Of a stretch of 64,000 nt of DNA, positions 12,156 through 24,229 are shown in pieces. Source of the stretch: Cercozoa sp. M6MM (lineage: Eukaryota; Protista; Endomyxa: Ascetosporea); assembly GCA_040357565.1 (NCBI GenBank), contig JBDODJ010000004.1. One strand, given 5' to 3'. The position numbers and the translations under genes were made by a program. How positions within the stretch are numbered: the stretch's first letter is position 1; each line of letters begins with the position of its first letter. The notes under the pieces are model-generated. The model was not told the DNA's origin, ran no database searches, and was given only the letters and a program-made list of their open reading frames with translations.

Positions 12156-13525
12156 TCAGTTTGAGGTGCCCTGGAGTTGCGCCAATAGAGCTTCAGCCAT
12201 ATCAAGATGCGATCCCATTCTAAGGTGACACAGAGATTTAAAAAGAGTTTCATAAAGACTCACGTGCTAAGCAAGTGTACCCTCTCTTTGGCCGCCGTCG
12301 CTTGTGCCGAAGCTGTTCGCGCTTGTTCTAAAGCGAGGGGACAGTTAATTCGAAAACACACACACACACACACACATACACACACGCACACACACGCACA
12401 CACACGCACACACGTGTACAAACACACAAGTGTACACACACGTGTACAAACACACACGTGTACACACGTGTACAAACACACACACGTGTACACACACACG
12501 CGGACACACACACGCGGACACACACACGCGGACACACACACTCACATAGGAGGGAAAAAGGCACCGCCCGTTCGTGTTCGCTGTCACCAACGGCGATTCC
12601 GGCATCATGCAGGCGCCTGAGGCAGCAGCGTGATAGTATGTAGTAACACAGCGCAAGGAAATGGTACTTTCGCAACTCGGTGAGTCGTTCTTCAGTTTCG
12701 CCCTTTGGCAACGGAACTTGCTGCCACAACTCCCTACGCAAACAATCCAACAAACAGTCTGCTCACTTTAAATCTGTGAATGCACACATGTGAACAAGAC
12801 ATACTTAAGATCATCAGGCAATGACAGTGTTTCCAACGAGGTTTCTCTCCAAAAATAGGCTTTATTCTTGCTGCTCGTATTGATGATAGCGACTATGGTG
12901 CCCTGTAATGTTTATAACTGTGTGTTGATGCAATGAAACCCTCATGGAGAGAATACGTTTCTCTCAAGTTTTTCGAGAACATTTTCAGCCTTATCGAAGC
13001 ACTCAATGAGTTTGTCGCTCGCTACAGTACTGTCATCCAAAAGCTTGCATTGACACAGAGAACGAAAGAATACCAAATCCGCGACCAGGTTGGCGCTGCA
13101 GAAAATCGCACAACGACGCCTCGTCTTTCACCTGCCAACAAGCACGGTAAACCTGACCATGCGGTCTTTATGTATCAGAATTACCTCTGGATAGGCGGGC
13201 GCATATTCGTACAGGCCCTGTGACGCCGCAAAATCGACAAGCGCATTTGCTTGAAGCGAAGGTGCAAGGTGCGCGTGAAAGTATTGCATCGCTGTGCACG
13301 AGAGCACAACTCCACATTGAACTCACACAGCACGTGAAACACACCTTCGCCGGTGTCCTGCGACGGTCGCATGCCACCGCGAATTGACCGCAAGTGAGTC
13401 TAAATGCAATCGAAATGCCGAGAAAGAAAACAGAATGGCAATGATACCACAATGTCTTCGGCCGTGACAGGGCGCCGCTCCCGGCGTAAGTACACAATGG
13501 CATGATGTAACTGCTCTCGAGACAT
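12156..13525 (-). CDS. GTF2E2: Transcription initiation factor IIE beta subunit (GTF2E2/TFA2-like)
   Basis: Spliced: [22 protein letters not shown]...[11 protein letters not shown]|[11 protein letters not shown]...[19 protein letters not shown]|GTIVAII...AYFW...[10 protein letters not shown]...RLHDAGI...[13 protein letters not shown], colinear with TFIIE-beta motifs. An upstream exon is possible. Confidence 0.75.
12355..12545 (-). repeat. Intronic (CA)n/ACACGTGTAC compound micro/minisatellite
   Basis: Direct reading; TG-rich on the sense strand. Confidence 0.9.
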
Positions 13526-13729
13526 AATTACTACTGAACACTACGCAGTAGTAACACACGCTCAATCCAAACGTTGAGCTGTACAAGGCTGAAGGAGAGG
13601 ACTGATTTATTGTCTTGAGCCGAAGCGCTGGAATCAAACTCATCTGTTTGTAGTCTACAGCACTGAATGCTGCAGACTTTAACACCAGCTGTTCTAAGTT
13701 GCAGGTCGAGTAAACACCATGGCATGTAA

Positions 13730-16700
13730 TCACCAGCTTGAAGCGTAGAGAGACAGTTCGTTGCGAGACAGCGCCAATCCAAAATCTGCAGTTGTTGGAA
13801 CCCACCGTGTTTGCTGCAAGTCGCGTTTAATCTGTTCAAATGTCATGCGCGATCTGGAACGTGAGTGCGCATTTTGAGGAGGTCAACGGTGACAGGTGTG
13901 ATGCCAGAATCGCTTTTGAGCGACTCGTCGCCATCTGCAACGGTGCCCGAGCCATCGGTGAATGTAGCGTGCAGGTGCAGCCGCACAGTCTGCAGAACAT
14001 GACTCTGAGAATCCGTGCTCTCCGTCTGCACACATACTGTATTCAAATCGTATCTGGCAGGGGGCAACAGTGCGACTTCACCTCAACATTCTCGTTTGCT
14101 TCGCTTTCGCGCTCAAATTGCAATGATTTGAAGTGCTTCTTGTGATATAGGTTTGCAACTTGGATTCCTGAAAAAACATGCCAGTGACACAGAGTGACGG
14201 GCTGATATTCCCGTCAGCTTTACCGTTGAGCGTCACTTGCAATGAACGGTTGTGTGCAGTGGCACGCAGTGTCTGCAGTGAGTTTACAGTGAGGCCTGCG
14301 ACATCCTCCACCCGGCGAAGCTGCTCGTCTGCACATATTCACCCTCAGTGACAACGACACAATGTACTATGCACATTAATTAGGTGGTACCTTGTAAGGT
14401 GACGGTAAGCGCATGCGCTGGTGGTGGTAAAGTCACCAGAGCGAGGGTTTCTTCGGGCGTGAGCAGCGATAACTGAATGGGAGTAGAGTGCAGGGAAAGT
14501 GGTAAATGAGTAAACGCAAAGAGGAAGAGGTAAATGGGGTAAAGAAAACTGGCATGCTGCTTTGAAAATAGGTGAGCACTGTACCTGCAGAGGCGTGAAA
14601 GAGACAGCAACGTTCGCTGTTTCAGCGATATCGATCAGCTTTGCCTTTCTGCAAGCACCATGCGTGCACTAGATAGTTTCTTGAGTAAGCGGTTACTTCA
14701 ATTCAGGCCAGTCGAATGTGTGCACTATATGAGCTTGAAACACGTGCGAAGCCTTCTCTCCCTATCGCACATACAGTATGGACACATAATGCGCGCGGAC
14801 ATGCAGATACGAGTGTGATACCACAAGCTGTACGCGTGGGGTGCGACGCAACGCAATGCACGCAATGCCTCCGTCGTCGCACTGGAGCAGATTGTGTTTT
14901 CCGCGGTGTCGCAGCAAGAGTGTCGATCCTCGCACTGGCAGCTGAACTGTGCCTTGAACTTGCAGTCGTCCACCTGTCGACCTGCATAGTTTACAGATCC
15001 ATATCGACGACAGAAACACATCTTTTCAAATTATCACTCACGGAATCTTTGGACAAGCTACCAAACAACGTGCACCGACCCATTGCCACACTGTACGAGA
15101 AAACACGTGGCTGGCATATCTACACGCGTCTCGGTCACGGAGTGCACCGAACTGGAGAATAGAACACTCGCACACACGCGTTTATTGTTTTGCAAACTGT
15201 GTACACACCAGCAGGTATCAGAATAAACATCCACAGCAGGTATCAGAATAAACACAATATAAAATCTGCAGTACATGAGTGAATCGCCGCAGTACAGAAG
15301 CAGCGTGTCACCTAGGAGAGCCACGGGAGTGCCACTGCAGAAGGCATAATCTACATGCGTGTTGTCACTTTTAACAACAGTGACGCCCTGTGAGGTGCCA
15401 ATGAGGACGGCGTCATTGTACACTGTCATACAATTGACAGTGCCCTTGAGTTCCAAGCGTGTGTCTTCTCGGGACTCAAGCTCCACTCGGTGCAGTATGT
15501 ATTTGCCATTTGCGTGCTGTGCGATAGCGTACAATGTCGTGTGACGCACGCTCATTTGGCACAGGTGTGTCGACGCTAGCTTAAGTTGCTCCAGTGTGTT
15601 CTGACGGATGTCATAAATGAGGACCCCGGCGGATGTGGCAGTCACCACGAGAGCGAGTGATTGAATAAATCGATGCCGTTCTTGAAGTTGAGACGGTGTC
15701 TTGTACCACTCCTGCAGCAGCGTGCTGGCGACACTACTCGTTGCACTAGCAATTGACATCGAGTCGGTGACCTGTCCAAGCGAACCAAATAAAAAGCCCC
15801 GTGTCAGTATCTTTGGGTCCGACAATCCATCTGAAGAAAACACGTTCTGGCTACCTCAACTGCAGGAGTGTATCGAGACGACACAACGCTCACACTGTCG
15901 CTCTCGGATTCTGAGCTTGTTTCGGTGTCAAATGCGAGGGTTGAGTCGGTTTCGCCCAGTTCCGTCCGCTTCTGGTGCAACTGTTGACACAATCGTGTTT
16001 TACACAGCACATTCACGAACCGAACAAGAAGTTGGCGGGCAAATGACAGATGTCAATACCAAAACATTGTGCGATTCTCGGAGTGCGTTTGTTCTCCGAG
16101 ACATGAACCACTGAGAGTAAACCTGCCGCACTGCGTCTCGGATCCGACTTAGTTGAACTCGCATCGCGTAAACTGCATCATGTGTTTCGTGTGCCACTCT
16201 GTAGGCAGGGCACTCGAGATGCAAGTTTAAGTGTCTTGTGCAGTTCAACGTACAGAAGAAGTGCACGCTGGCCAACATGCGTGTGTAGTGAGGACACAGA
16301 TACCACCGGCATGCAACATGGCATTCGCAAACGCGCCACCTCAAAACACAACTGCGGCCGCAGTTGTACCATGTGCACCGTACCTCTACAACATACAAAC
16401 GTGCGATATAGTCGCACCAAATTTCTGTACTGTTGTTACTTTGACGTTCCAAGGGATGTAAAGCAGCCGGGCGGCTCATCGCAATCCAATGACACATCCA
16501 CACCTAAATTACAGGACTTTACTGTGCTTCGCACTGGATGTTAATGTGTGCTTGCGTGGCATACATGTTATGTCAGGCAGCAGCGACACGGTACGACACA
16601 GTTTTCCCCTTGGAGTGACAAAACACACGCGCCCGTCGTCCATTATTATGGCCAGCATGCGAGCACCTTTGTATGGTTTTCATCGAGCAATACAACTGTA

Positions 16701-19700
16701 CAAATGCAACGAAGGGTAATAATAAGGTACCTACAAAGAGAGGCCACAATCGACGAACTATCCTGTTGCGGCCGCTTTCTTCCACCCGCAGTGCAACACT
16801 GCACGAGCGAACCGTCTCCGTGTCGGTCTTGTCGGCGCCAAAGTCTCGCAACCAAATATGCAGGTATGACGCGTCACACTTCCACAGCACCGCACAGAAG
16901 CCGCCACTTTCCTGCGCCAGCACGCGTGTGCTATACCCTGACTGTACGCGCGGATCCAATGGCGCGACTATCTCAGTTCTACAAGCACAAGTGCAGCGCA
17001 TACGCTAAATTGTTTTGAAGGTATCCTACGACTTCACATGATCACTTGCACACTCGTAGACAGCAATGATTCCGCAATCCTCGTCGTCGGTGACAGTCCC
17101 GACCGTGGTGAAGGTCTGGTGTATACATAATGACCCGAATGCCGAAACACCTGCTGTAAGTATATTACCTTGCCATTCGGATGCACGCAGATCTGAGCCA
17201 CTGCCGTTCGGTGCATACGCGTCTGCTAAAACGAAAATTGGTGTTTGTCGTCTTAACTTCAAGTGCAAGTCATACCTCAAAGATCATGCTGCTGGTCTGC
17301 AGATCAAAAACTCGAACGACGCCGTCGCTGTACCCTGCCATGACGAGGTCTTTTTCCTACGATCAACAGTAGATTCTATATTGTGTTCGGTTCTCTCAAG
17401 ATTGCAGGGGTATGCAATTTTAGTTTACAGCATGAGGGTGTGTTTTAATCGTCGTAGGAAAAGCAGGAGGTGTCCCGCCGTCGTCGTTTTCAGAACTACA
17501 GTTGCTCGCCAGCTGGAACTGCACTGCGAGATGTGTTCGAAGGTATTTCGTTCCTTCTCTGCCGACAAGTTGCCGTAATCATGCAGGGAAACATGCATAT
17601 GCAATCTCAAGCAGTCAAATGCGACGTACACAGGCGACTGAAGTGCCGACGAGAAACGGTGCACAGAGGCGAGTCGAGTGTCGTACACGCAAACGCTGCC
17701 ATTGGAAGATGCAGTCACGAGCTGTTGCTTGTGGAATGTGCCTTGCAACTCGCGCATGTATCCTAGAACAGTTTTCGACATTTTACTTTGTCAGGATAAT
17801 TTACTTTGTCAGTTGGATACCAATGGCAAACTACCATTACTGCACATGCGGCTGCTCAGGAGCAAACTGATTCGTTCATCGTCAACGTGCAGTTGGTGGA
17901 GTTCTACCACCAACCAGTCCCTCAAAAGGAAGAAAGTCGTCATTTATCGAAGACAAAAAGTACGAAAGGACGTCGCAACGAGCACATTAAGACCTCCGGT
18001 TGTGGTCATGAGTCCAGTGATGTCGTGTTCCTTTGACGTTGATGCTAAGAGGAGAAACGGCACTCATGAACCGCCTAGCGAAACGAAATAAATATGATAC
18101 TTTGTGTCTCTAGCGTTGCGTCAAGTATGCATCGTGCGTGATCCAACGTGAACACTCGCAGACGCGGTCCACTCGCGACGACCTGTTATTGTTAAACAAC
18201 ATCTCATATTCGTTCAGCTTTTACACCCCACATCAGGATTGTTGTATTCACCAAAAACGCAGCCGATGCGGTCACACACGACAGTGTATCACCTAAGAGG
18301 AGATGTCGAGTGTTTGGAAGCATTGTGAGGTTGCCTGGAATAGTTATCACCTTCAAACGGCTCGAATGAGGACTCCACCTTTCGTGTGCTTGTGTTCACT
18401 AAGACAAAGTTACTAGGTAACGACAGACTTTAGGATATATAATATAATGGGACGTTTTATCGGTACCAACAAAGCAAGTGCCACATGTGGATGCAAGAAA
18501 AAGACGTTTTGACGTTTGTGAGTGTACATCCGTATCTTGCAACCCTGCTTAATTAAATAGATTCCATACTCCAACAACAAAGTTGCATCTGGAAGTACCA
18601 GCGTCGAAGCAAAGCGAACGAAAGCGAGTGGTCGTCTTAAACTGCTTAGCTGCCTCTTCACCTCGTTGCTGCACCAGGTGGGAGTAGACATCCACACTGC
18701 ACGGCATCAGCCTGCCTGCCTTGCATCGCCTACTCGACAATACCCATGCGTACAGATCATATAATCCGAGAAAGGAACTTACCAGATCTTGGCAGTGTTG
18801 CGACCGACTGTCGCGAACTCAGCATGAGCAGCGCGGGGCGCAAACTTCACATGCGTCATCACAGGCATACTATCACTCACAACGCTCGCAGCCACTGTGT
18901 AACTCACAAGGGAAGCAGGGTTGTTAGCAGTACTTCAATTAAATATAACTAATATATTAAGTACCTTCAATTCGTTCCCCCAGTTGAAAGAGTGTTATTT
19001 GAGAACGTGGTGTCCGTGTTAGAGTCCCGCAAATCACCAAAAAGCGACCGTCGTCGGACACATCCGCGCAGGTCTAAACGATAAAGGGGTAAGGAGGTGG
19101 GAGGGTAAAGGTAGGGCTAAAGAGGTGGGGGGGGGGGTAAACGAACTACCACGGACGCGAACTGTTGAAGACGAATGCTCGTGGTCGCAGCTCTCTCAGC
19201 AGACAAACTGGGTGCTTTGCCGCGCAGCACGCCGCCTCTATATTACCATATAGCCTTCAGTTCGATATTCAAGTTCAGTTTATTACGATGCATCTTCGAG
19301 GTCGAAGCGAATGCGAGGGTGAGAGTTCGCGGTGTCAGTGTGCAAGTGCTTTAGCGAAAACAACACCGCTCGTGGTTGCTTCCCTGACTCTGTCGAAAGC
19401 ACCCAGAATATAAGTTTAGACCACCAGCACTTGAGTACAGTTTATTTAAATGTTACCGACAGCAACGCAGATATCTGCGCCGGCGCATACAATGGAGACA
19501 CTTCGAAGCTCCAGCGACCGCAGAAAGATCTTTTTGTTTTGTTGCTAAGTAATTTACAAAGAGCGGATGCCGTTTGAGTGCAAGTGGTTGAATTCTCCAG
19601 CAAGAGAATACCGGATCGCAAACAGCAACACAGCTGCCGCTTGCATGCAAGAACAAAATGCTCCCATCGACAACGCGTGATACTGCAGCGACGCGTTGCT

Positions 19701-19902
19701 CTCGTAATCGCAGCCCAAGAACGCTGAGTCGATGACACGATTGCAGTTCTTAACATTCAAAAACATGGACCAAGAATACCTCTGCAACTTTGGCTGCTCC
19801 GCTAACAACGGAATGCCTAAATTACAAACCATATCAAGCACTTAAGAACTGAAAACTGGAAGGCAGGAATCAAGCACCTGCACCTTTCTCCCCGCTCAGC
19901 AT
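13730..19902 (-). CDS. Large WD40-repeat protein, WDR90/POC16-like, divergent
   Basis: QLVTASSNGSVCVYDTRLASVHRFSSALQSPVYVAF, AGYSDGVVRVFDL, HRTAVAQICVHPNGK, LRVFTLDHARCILDA, N-terminal KLQSVLG and C-terminal SRNELSLY resemble WDR90 segments in the right order. Exon chain not fully traced. Confidence 0.55.
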
Positions 19903-20484
19903 TGTTCAGAGCTCCCGTGTGGCTAGTGTAGCTCGTGCCTGTGCTTCGATGCCTCAATGCATTGGTGAAATTTGTCTCGTTTTTCCTAACTATCCGCGCG
20001 GAGCTCGCTAGACCATAGACTAAGTTAAAAAGATATCGAACATAAACCCGCAGACTTCGGTCAGCGCGAACGACAGAAATTAGTGAACTGAGTTGCGTGA
20101 CGGAGCTGAAATCGATGAAATCGACCCAAGTCTAGCCCTTCGTCGTGTGAACCGTACGTACGCGATCGTAGTCATCCGTTCCGGTCGAAATGCGTAAACG
20201 AAACGTCAGGCGAGGTTCGCGTCGGTTCATGATCAGGCTGATTCGTAAAGTAAACGAAATAGTACTGTAAATCATTATCCGGTCTATTGAACGGAACAAA
20301 CGAAACTCGATTCTACTCGCTCAAATGCCGCGCGGGTGGGGTGAATTTCCGTTCGTTCAGTTCGGTTTAAAGCGAAACGAAAGCCAAGCGAAGGCGAGCA
20401 ACATCGACGCGGCCGTGAAGTCGCGGTGACGTGATGATGCTTTCAAGTGAAGTAATTGGCTCGGCCGTGATGTTATTGGCTCGC

Positions 20485-22617
20485 TTAGAGAGCAATGACG
20501 CGCGAGAGCTTCTGAATGCGTGTCAGCACTAGGTCGCCGGAAGTGAGAACTTGTTTGAACTGGGCATTCTTCTGGTCAGCCTGGAAGCGCTGCACGACGC
20601 CCTTGACCTGAATTAAACACATGTATTCCGTGTCAGTTCATATCCACCGTGCGAACGGGTGAATGCACCTTGTCCAGCTTGGCGTTTAGTCGACCGGTCG
20701 CGATGTAACGTGCGAGATCCTGCATGCGAATAATATAACACCCCCCCCCCGCCGCCGAATTCAGAGTAAAGCAGTAACAATGAGTGGTTGCTTACCTCAT
20801 CGAGGAACTCAGGACCGACACCGAATGCCGATGCCATGGCATCCAACCGCACCGAACGATACTGCAGACAGAGAGTACAGGAACTGGCACACGGATAACC
20901 GTTCAGAGCGGGGTACAGCAGCGAGGAACTGGCGGTAAGCGACGAGCCGCAACTCGCGCAAACAGTAGCGCCAGTGGGCGCCCAGGTAGGCATCCTATTT
21001 ATTATCCAACAATGGCTCCACATTATGCAAGAGCAAGACGGAGAGTAAAACTTACTTGCTGCACGCGCTGCATGATCACGAGCATGGCACGGAAAAATGA
21101 CGCGAAGTCGCACTGGTGGAACTTGTACAGGAAGGAGCGCAACTCTGGAACCTATCGCCCATTGAGCCAAAAATAATGCAGTCCGATCGAGGATTGCACA
21201 GGTGGCACGTGCAACTACCTGATCAACAGACTGCAAAATCTCGGGCGCATCAACGACGCTCTTGCCGAGTTGCACGCGCGGCAGACACAGCACCGCGCAG
21301 ACCACCTGCCACGGACAAGGATACGCGTACACAATATACGGAGGTCAAGAAGTACCGTGTAGAAGACGAGATCCGAGTGCGACATAAGCTCAGTCGCCGA
21401 GAAGGTCTGCAGTGCATCGACGAAGAGCTCAGAGGCACAATCCAGATCGCGTCGAACCAAGGCGTGCACGGCGCGGTACACCTTTAATCGGTTGCGTTGC
21501 TCCTGCACACACACAAACATAACACATACACAGACACAGACACAGACACAGACACAGCACAGACACAGCACAGACACAGCACAGACACAGACACGGACAC
21601 ACATACACACCATCGCACAATTCCACAGCCACGTGCTTAAAGCAGTAATATACCCAGTCACCGCCCTCATCAGCGAGCTTTTCGGCAGTGTCCATGAAGG
21701 GCGTTAGACGCTCCCTTCAGTGCCGACAAATGCACTGCAGAAAGCAATGAACAAGGTAATTTGAACAAGAACGCACCAGTCATGCCACGCAAGCGCAAGT
21801 CGAATCTGTTCAAACACGACAGTGAGACGCGAGGAGTTACCCACAGTCTTTTCCAGCGTGGCCACTAGCGCTTCGTGTGCCTAAAACAAAGGTGTCTTCT
21901 AAAAAAAGCACAACAGGCTAGGCAACGACAGTACAGCCTCATGTCGACCAATGCCGGCGAGGAATTTGGCACGCTTAAAGAGTTGCTCTTGCACCTCGGA
22001 TTCACCTTCCTCCTCCTGTACTTGCAGTTGAGATTATCTTTTGGCACAGTAAATAAACAAATCATTTGAGCGAAGGAACCTGCGTCTTGGCCACTTCTTC
22101 ATCGATTTTCGCGAGTTCCTCTTCGTTCTTCCGCTTCCTGATAACCAAGGTATAAGCTACATAAGCACGAGAAAGCAAAAACAAAGTACATCTCAGCAAC
22201 AAGCTCAGCGTTAGGCGTCTGTTCCAACAGCTCACACACTGCGATGTACTCCTGTGGCATGCGGTGCTCTTTCACGAGCTCCAGTGCCTCGTCACGCGCC
22301 TCTTGCGCAGCTTCTGCGCTCACTGACTCTGCGAGACCAATAACGTGCTTAAAAATATGATAGCGAAAAATCCAACACACCGTCACCGGCAGCCACGATT
22401 CGAAGCTTGTATTTGAGCTGACCAAGCTGCAGCAGGTGGTTGCGCGGTTCCTCCTTCTCGACCTCATCTTCCTCGTCGTCTTCCACGTTCTTTTCCACAG
22501 ATGGCTGTTTCACCGCCTCGTCATCGTCAACCATGGCATCTTTGTGTGTCTGTGACACACTAGGAGATTAAACAGCCCGAAAGAACAGGACAAACACAGC
22601 ACAGAAATCAGCACCAT
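20485..22617 (-). CDS. PSMD6: 26S proteasome non-ATPase regulatory subunit Rpn7
   Basis: EGGDW|EQRNRLKVY, FVDALQTFSATELMS, YRSVRLDAMASAFGV, IATGRLNAKLDK, GDLVLTRIQKLSRVI. Confidence 0.95.
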
Positions 22618-22929
22618 TTTTCTTCCTCGACTTTGCAAAATGTTTGCAAAATCCGTCTAACCCGCTCGCCTTTAAAGTTTACTCAGTACTGTAGTGCCAC
22701 AGGTTTTCACGCCTCTGCACACACGCAGCAGCTTGTAGGGCGCGGACCTTTCATATAATGGTTAAGGAAGCGCCGATTGCAAGGATACATACAGTACGGC
22801 AGATCGTCACCCTAGCGAGTAGCGATGGCGAGTGAAAATCCAGTAAACGCCAAATTTAGCGATGTCACGCTAGCTTGTGCACTTGGCTATTGTGATCACG
22901 TGGTCGGATGAATCAAACAAATAAGTTTA

Positions 22930-24229
22930 ATGCTTCATTCAGGTGGCGATGTGTCACAACTGACACAGAAGCAACTCTTTGACGTTCGCGGCAAGCATGC
23001 ACTCGTGACAGGTGGGAGCAGCGGCATCAGCCTCTTTGTGGCAGCCACGCTGGTAGCGAACGGTGCCAACGTGTGCATTGCGTCGCGGTCGCTCAAGGTG
23101 TGCCAGCGAGTCGCCTCGCAACTCGATTGTGACTACGTCGCAGTCGACCTGACTGATGACGTAACTTGACTCATTTTGGCACAGTACGCTACTTTGGCAG
23201 CCACCTCGCAGGAAGCCTGCACCCGCATAGTTGATTACCTGTGCACGGAGTTGCACTGGCCATGTCTCGACATTCTCGTCAACAACAGCGGCACGACGTG
23301 GGTACACTCAAACGGTTCGATAATATCAAGGACCAAAGAAGGACAAGGATCGACTGAATAGGCGGCGCCACTCGAAGAGTATCCTGCTGAGGCGTTTCGC
23401 AAAGTGCTTGAACTCAACGTGACTGCCGTGTTCCGACTCACGTGACTTGACTGCTCTGTCCCTTGTCATGCATCATCAGTGTCCGTTACCCCTCATCCAG
23501 TGTTGCCTGTGTGCCAATGCTGCGCATGGCGAGTGCACCGTGTATTCTCAACGTCGGCAGCGTCGATGGCACTCGCATCACCGAACATGAGCACTGTATC
23601 CCCCCCCCATACTGTACGTCTCCGTTTCTGACTTCTACAGTAACTCTCTTGCACAGACGCCTATTCGGCAAGCAAGGCAGCGGTACACCAGATGACACGT
23701 ATCCTGGCCAATCGACTCACCAAAGGCGATCATACACGTAGTGCTTTCTCTACCAATACACGAGATATACTACAATCCCCTCTGTCACATGCACAGCGAT
23801 CCGAGTGAACGCCATCCTGCCTGGGCCCTTTCCGTCCCGCATGTAAACTGTATTTAAACTCTGCAACAAATACGAAAGCACTCAAGCGCCTGTATAGCTG
23901 TACTGTAAATTTAGGATGCGTGCGACACTCGAACAAGCTGGAGATATAATTGAGCAGTCGCTACCGCTGCGACGTGTGGGCCAAGGCAAGTCAAACCCCG
24001 CTGTTGAAATAGAATATTGATGCCGTTTGGACCACTTCTCTCTCTTTCGCTTGCAGCATCCGATATCGCTGGAGCAGTCCTCTACCTGTGTTCGAGTGCT
24101 AGTAGCTACGTCACAGGCATATTGTATCATTAACCTTCCTTTACTTGCAGTGGCGGCTTTCAGCCAACTTGTTCTTTTGGAATCAGGCTCCCTGTGGACG
24201 GCGGTGCTCTTGTTCGATCCGCACTATAG
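22930..24229 (+). CDS. Classical short-chain dehydrogenase/reductase, RhlG-like
   Basis: ALVTGGSSGIS, LDILVNNSGTTWAAPLEEYP, YSASKAAVHQMTR, VNAILPGPFPSRM, YVTGILLPVDGG; ends RSAL*. Confidence 0.9.
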
